DNA of 51,326 bases, filler included, from Trypethelium eluteriae (lineage: Eukaryota): the NCBI GenBank assembly GCA_051942245.1. It is 2 parts of 2 records of this genome, joined end to end, with 100 filler letters (N's around TTAATTAATTAA, not from the genome) between each part and the next. Parts side by side here need not be neighbours in the genome. Positions count along the whole stretch, not along the records: positions 25,718 to 51,326 come from JAVECL010000367.1; 1 more part is not named here. One strand, written 5' to 3'. Below the pieces are notes generated by a model, which had not been told where the DNA came from, did no database searches, and saw nothing but the letters and a program-made list of their open reading frames with translations. Of the stretch, positions 48,121-51,326 are shown in pieces. Numbering within the stretch: the first letter of the stretch is position 1; each line of letters opens with the position of its first letter. The position numbers and the translations under genes are program-made.

Positions 48121-48958
48121 CTAATACATGGACAAACCACCACTAGCGGATATGGTTTGACCTGTTACCCACCTCGCTTGTTCTTCTGCTAGCCACGCAA
48201 CAATGAGCGCAATGTCCTCTGCGGTACCAAGGCGATTTTCCAATGGCGTGGCCTTTTTTTGCATTTCCACCAGATCCTTGGGAATCCCGTCAAGCATATC
48301 GGATGCAGTAGGTCCAGGAGCCACCGCATTCACCGTATGTCCAGCTGGACCAAGTTCTGCAGCTAAGTTCCGCGTCATTTGCTCTAGGGCACCCTTAGAG
48401 GCACCGTAAAGGGTGAAGCCGAGGAATCCGGAGCGGCCCCCAACAGAGCTAATGTTGATGATCCGACCAGGTTTGCGCAGATGAGGTTGGACAGCTTGGC
48501 ACAAGAAGAGCACAGCGCGAACGTTGACATCAAATGTTGAGGCAAACATCTCTGGTGTGAGATCTGCAAGGGATCCCTGGACCTCTACGCCCGCGTTGTT
48601 AACTAATATGTCAATGGCACCGCCAAATGCTGAGGTGGTTTCTGAGACGATCTTTTTGGGCGATTCCAGTAGCCTGAGATCCGCCTGGATTTTGATAGCA
48701 TCGGATCCATTTTTTAGAGCCTTGATGCTTGCTACAACACCTTCAGCGGCTTCAGTGCTCTTGTCTGATGTGTATGTGATTGCGACCTAGACCATGGAGC
48801 GTCAGCAATGAATACGATTTACAGAGAGGAGTGCTTACCTTAGCGCCACGCTTTGCCAATTCCAATGCCATAGCCACGCCAAGGCCTCTACTAGATCCGG
48901 TAACAATAGCCACTTTCCCAGAAAGTGTAGGGAATCTGCAGGCTGACGGGTCACTCAT
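48121..48958 (-). CDS. Classical short-chain dehydrogenase/reductase (FabG-like)
   Basis: Motifs KVAIVTGSSRGLG, LVNNAG, IINISS, catalytic YGASK, VNAVAPG and WVTGQTISASGG. Intron at about 48838-48788. Confidence 0.93.
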
Positions 48959-49583
48959 GATAGCAAACCCCCACGTCAACAAGACGATCAGAAATGATAG
49001 TTGAACTGGATAAAACAATGGAATGGAGTCAAGAGCGGGTTAGTATTTCAACGCTGTACAAGAGAGATATTGTGATAAATGAATGCAGTTGAGGCCTAAA
49101 GAACTATATGTTATTCAGAAAAACTTTCCATCGTTTGTAAGGTACCTACACGGATTTGATTCGGATATGCTACCCCACACTAAGTCCGATTTCCGGTACA
49201 TCAACTATCTTACTTCCGAAGAATGCAATAGTGGGTCACGGTACCTCAGGCATTGCGGAAGAAACAGGAAGGTAGGACTAGGGCTATGATCGAAGCAATG
49301 CAAGGTTGTGCAATAATCACAAAGATAATTAATGGCAGCGGGTGTTCTAAAGATTAAATGAAGTGGAGGATGCTAAGCGTCGCCGGACCGTCAGCAACTA
49401 ATAAGTGGTGAAGTGCTCGTGGTCCTCCGGAATCCGAGATAAAAACTCCATCTCACAGCTGAGCCCGCTTCCCCTCTTACTTTTTTCTCTCATCGTTTCA
49501 CCCGCCTTGTGCCACGAACTTCTTACATTTTACTCGTCGTCTACATCCACCGCCTTAATCTTACGTACACTCCACCAGTCATT

Positions 49584-50539
49584 ATGGCAGCTGCTGTAGC
49601 AAATCCAGTTCCGATTCCTGTGGGACTTGAGCGGCGGTCTTCACTACAAGAGCGCGAGAGGAAGCGGATCAGTGAGTGCATAATTTTTTTCCCGTAGCAG
49701 AATGTTACCAGGCCCCCCGCTGACATGAGTAATGCTCCAACAGGAACTCAATCACTCCCCCCACCCGAATTACCCCAAATGGTCGCCGAACAGCATGCGC
49801 CTATCGCTGCAACAGACAAGGACACTGGACGTTTAATTGTAGTCCTGTCCAACGCCAGCCTGGAGACCTATCGTGCTGCACACGCGAATGGCAAGAGTCC
49901 CTACGGAAGAGATGAGAAATATTCGCTTCTAAACAGTGACGAACATATCGGCGTGATGCGAAAGATGAATCGAGATATTAGCGAAGCCCGACCGGATATC
50001 ACCCATCAGGTGCGCAGCTCTGTCTTCGACAACTGGATCTCACTAACCAGCAAAATACATAGTGTCTTTTGACTCTGCTAGACTCACCTGTCAATAAAGC
50101 AGGAAAGCTACAGATATATATACATACGGCCAGAGGTGTTCTCATTGAAGTCAATCCTACAGTCAGGATTCCCCGAACATTCAAGCGATTCGCTGGTCTC
50201 ATGGTGCAGCTTCTGCATCGACTTTCGATCCGGTCGATGGATTCGCAAGAGAAACTTCTCAAAGTCATCAAGAATCCCATTACGGACCATTTACCCCCCA
50301 ACTGCCGGAAGGTGACCCTGAGCTACGATGCTCCTGTTGTGCGCGTGAGAGACTACATCTCGGATCTAGGAGCAAAGGAAAGCATTTGCGTATTTGTCGG
50401 TGCGATGGCCAAAGGAGTCGACGACTTTGCCGATTCTTACAAGGACGATTCAATCAGCATCAGTAACTTCAGTCTAAGTGCAAGCGTAGCGTGCAGCAAA
50501 TTCTGCCATGCTGTAGAGGATTTGTGGGACATAATATGA
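49584..50539 (+). CDS. EMG1: 18S rRNA pseudouridine N1-methyltransferase Nep1/Emg1
   Basis: Motifs [67 protein letters not shown] and LSASVACSK. Two introns. Confidence 0.97.
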
Positions 50540-51326
50540 TATCCGAATTGATAATGACCGACGGCCAGCGAGTGAGATACCCGGGCGAACGACTTTCTCT
50601 TCTTGTCTTTTCTATTCTCATTCTCATTCCTACTTTTAATCAGTACCCCTGGTACAAGCTGCTGGTCACAAATGGTGAGCTGGTAGCAGTGGAGAAGCCT
50701 CGATCGCAACATCGGCGCTGCTCTACTCTATTCCGCTCCTTCCCTTGAGGGAACTTGAAGGGTCTTTGTTTTTGCAACTAAAACATCAGGCTTTCAACAG
50801 ACTCAAGCGTTTATTATGCAGAGCACTTCAACTTCCTCTGCATTCTCCTTTGTCTTCCAAACAGCCGGTCTGTATGGCTCTTCACAGGGCGCTAGCCTCA
50901 TCAGAATAGCTCAGACGTGGCACCGCGTCCTGGACTGATAGTTCAGTAATTGATAGCTAAAGGATCGACTTTCAACAATAGTTCCTATGCTACTAGTGCT
51001 GACCCATTAAGCAAAGGCTTGGATTGGCTGGGAAAATTAGGCGGCATTGGTTTCATGTTCTGCTAGAACTCCTTTCACTTGGTCCCACTTGCCGAGCAAA
51101 CGCCGGCGAGTCCCAGTCTGCAGGATGTTTGGGTGAGCGCGGTAAGCTCGGAGGGCTGCAACGCAGGCATACTAAGCTCGAACCATCAGAGCTACGGGTG
51201 CTCAATGGCACTCGCATGGGGAGAAAGATAGATCCTTCGGACGTTGATTCTGTGCCTGTCAACAATTTTTCTAGAAGGTGCGATTGGATAGACTCCTCGA
51301 ATAGGAAATTCTGGCAGCACCCCAAG

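Noticed and set aside
40567..48958. Hydrolase-MFS-NoxB-PMP22-SDR as a secondary-metabolite cluster
   Set aside because: No PKS, NRPS or terpene backbone gene and no cluster transcription factor; the neighbours are housekeeping genes.
2197..50539. Stop-codon readthrough (TGA-CTA) producing cryptic PTS1 signals
   Set aside because: None of the stop contexts I inspected had the TGA CTA motif.
51053..51326. Minus-strand ORF at the window end
   Set aside because: No recognisable features; it cannot be judged without flanking sequence.

Overview
A gene-dense stretch of a filamentous ascomycete (Pezizomycotina) genome, with short GT-AG introns and CTRAC/CTRAY branch points. About 24 recognisable genes are present: a G3BP/Bre5-like NTF2-RRM protein, a septin-like tail-anchored P-loop protein, a secreted Ser/Thr-rich PAN-domain protein, a DUF1917/Bles03-like protein head-to-head with PRI1, DPH7, allantoinase, PET112/GatB, SYP1 (cut by an artificial contig linker at 25618-25717), a CAK-like kinase, a UBL-AN1 zinc finger protein, ECO1 head-to-head with ASF1, an NPF/proline-rich protein, a peroxisomal alpha/beta-hydrolase, an ACS-family MFS transporter, NoxB, an Mpv17/PMP22 protein, an SDR and EMG1. 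I found no tRNA, rRNA, transposon or CRISPR array. The best leads are: (1) the DUF1917 protein, which has a C-terminal PIP-box-like motif and a CDK site and shares an MCB-rich promoter with primase, making it a candidate uncharacterised S-phase/PCNA factor; (2) an ASF1 intron that appears to need a GG acceptor; (3) a septin-related protein with a degenerate G3 motif and a membrane tail; (4) a KIX-like N-terminal extension on the CAK-like kinase; (5) repeated C-rich to G-rich skew switches. All gene models were spliced by eye and family calls come from recognised motifs, not database searches.
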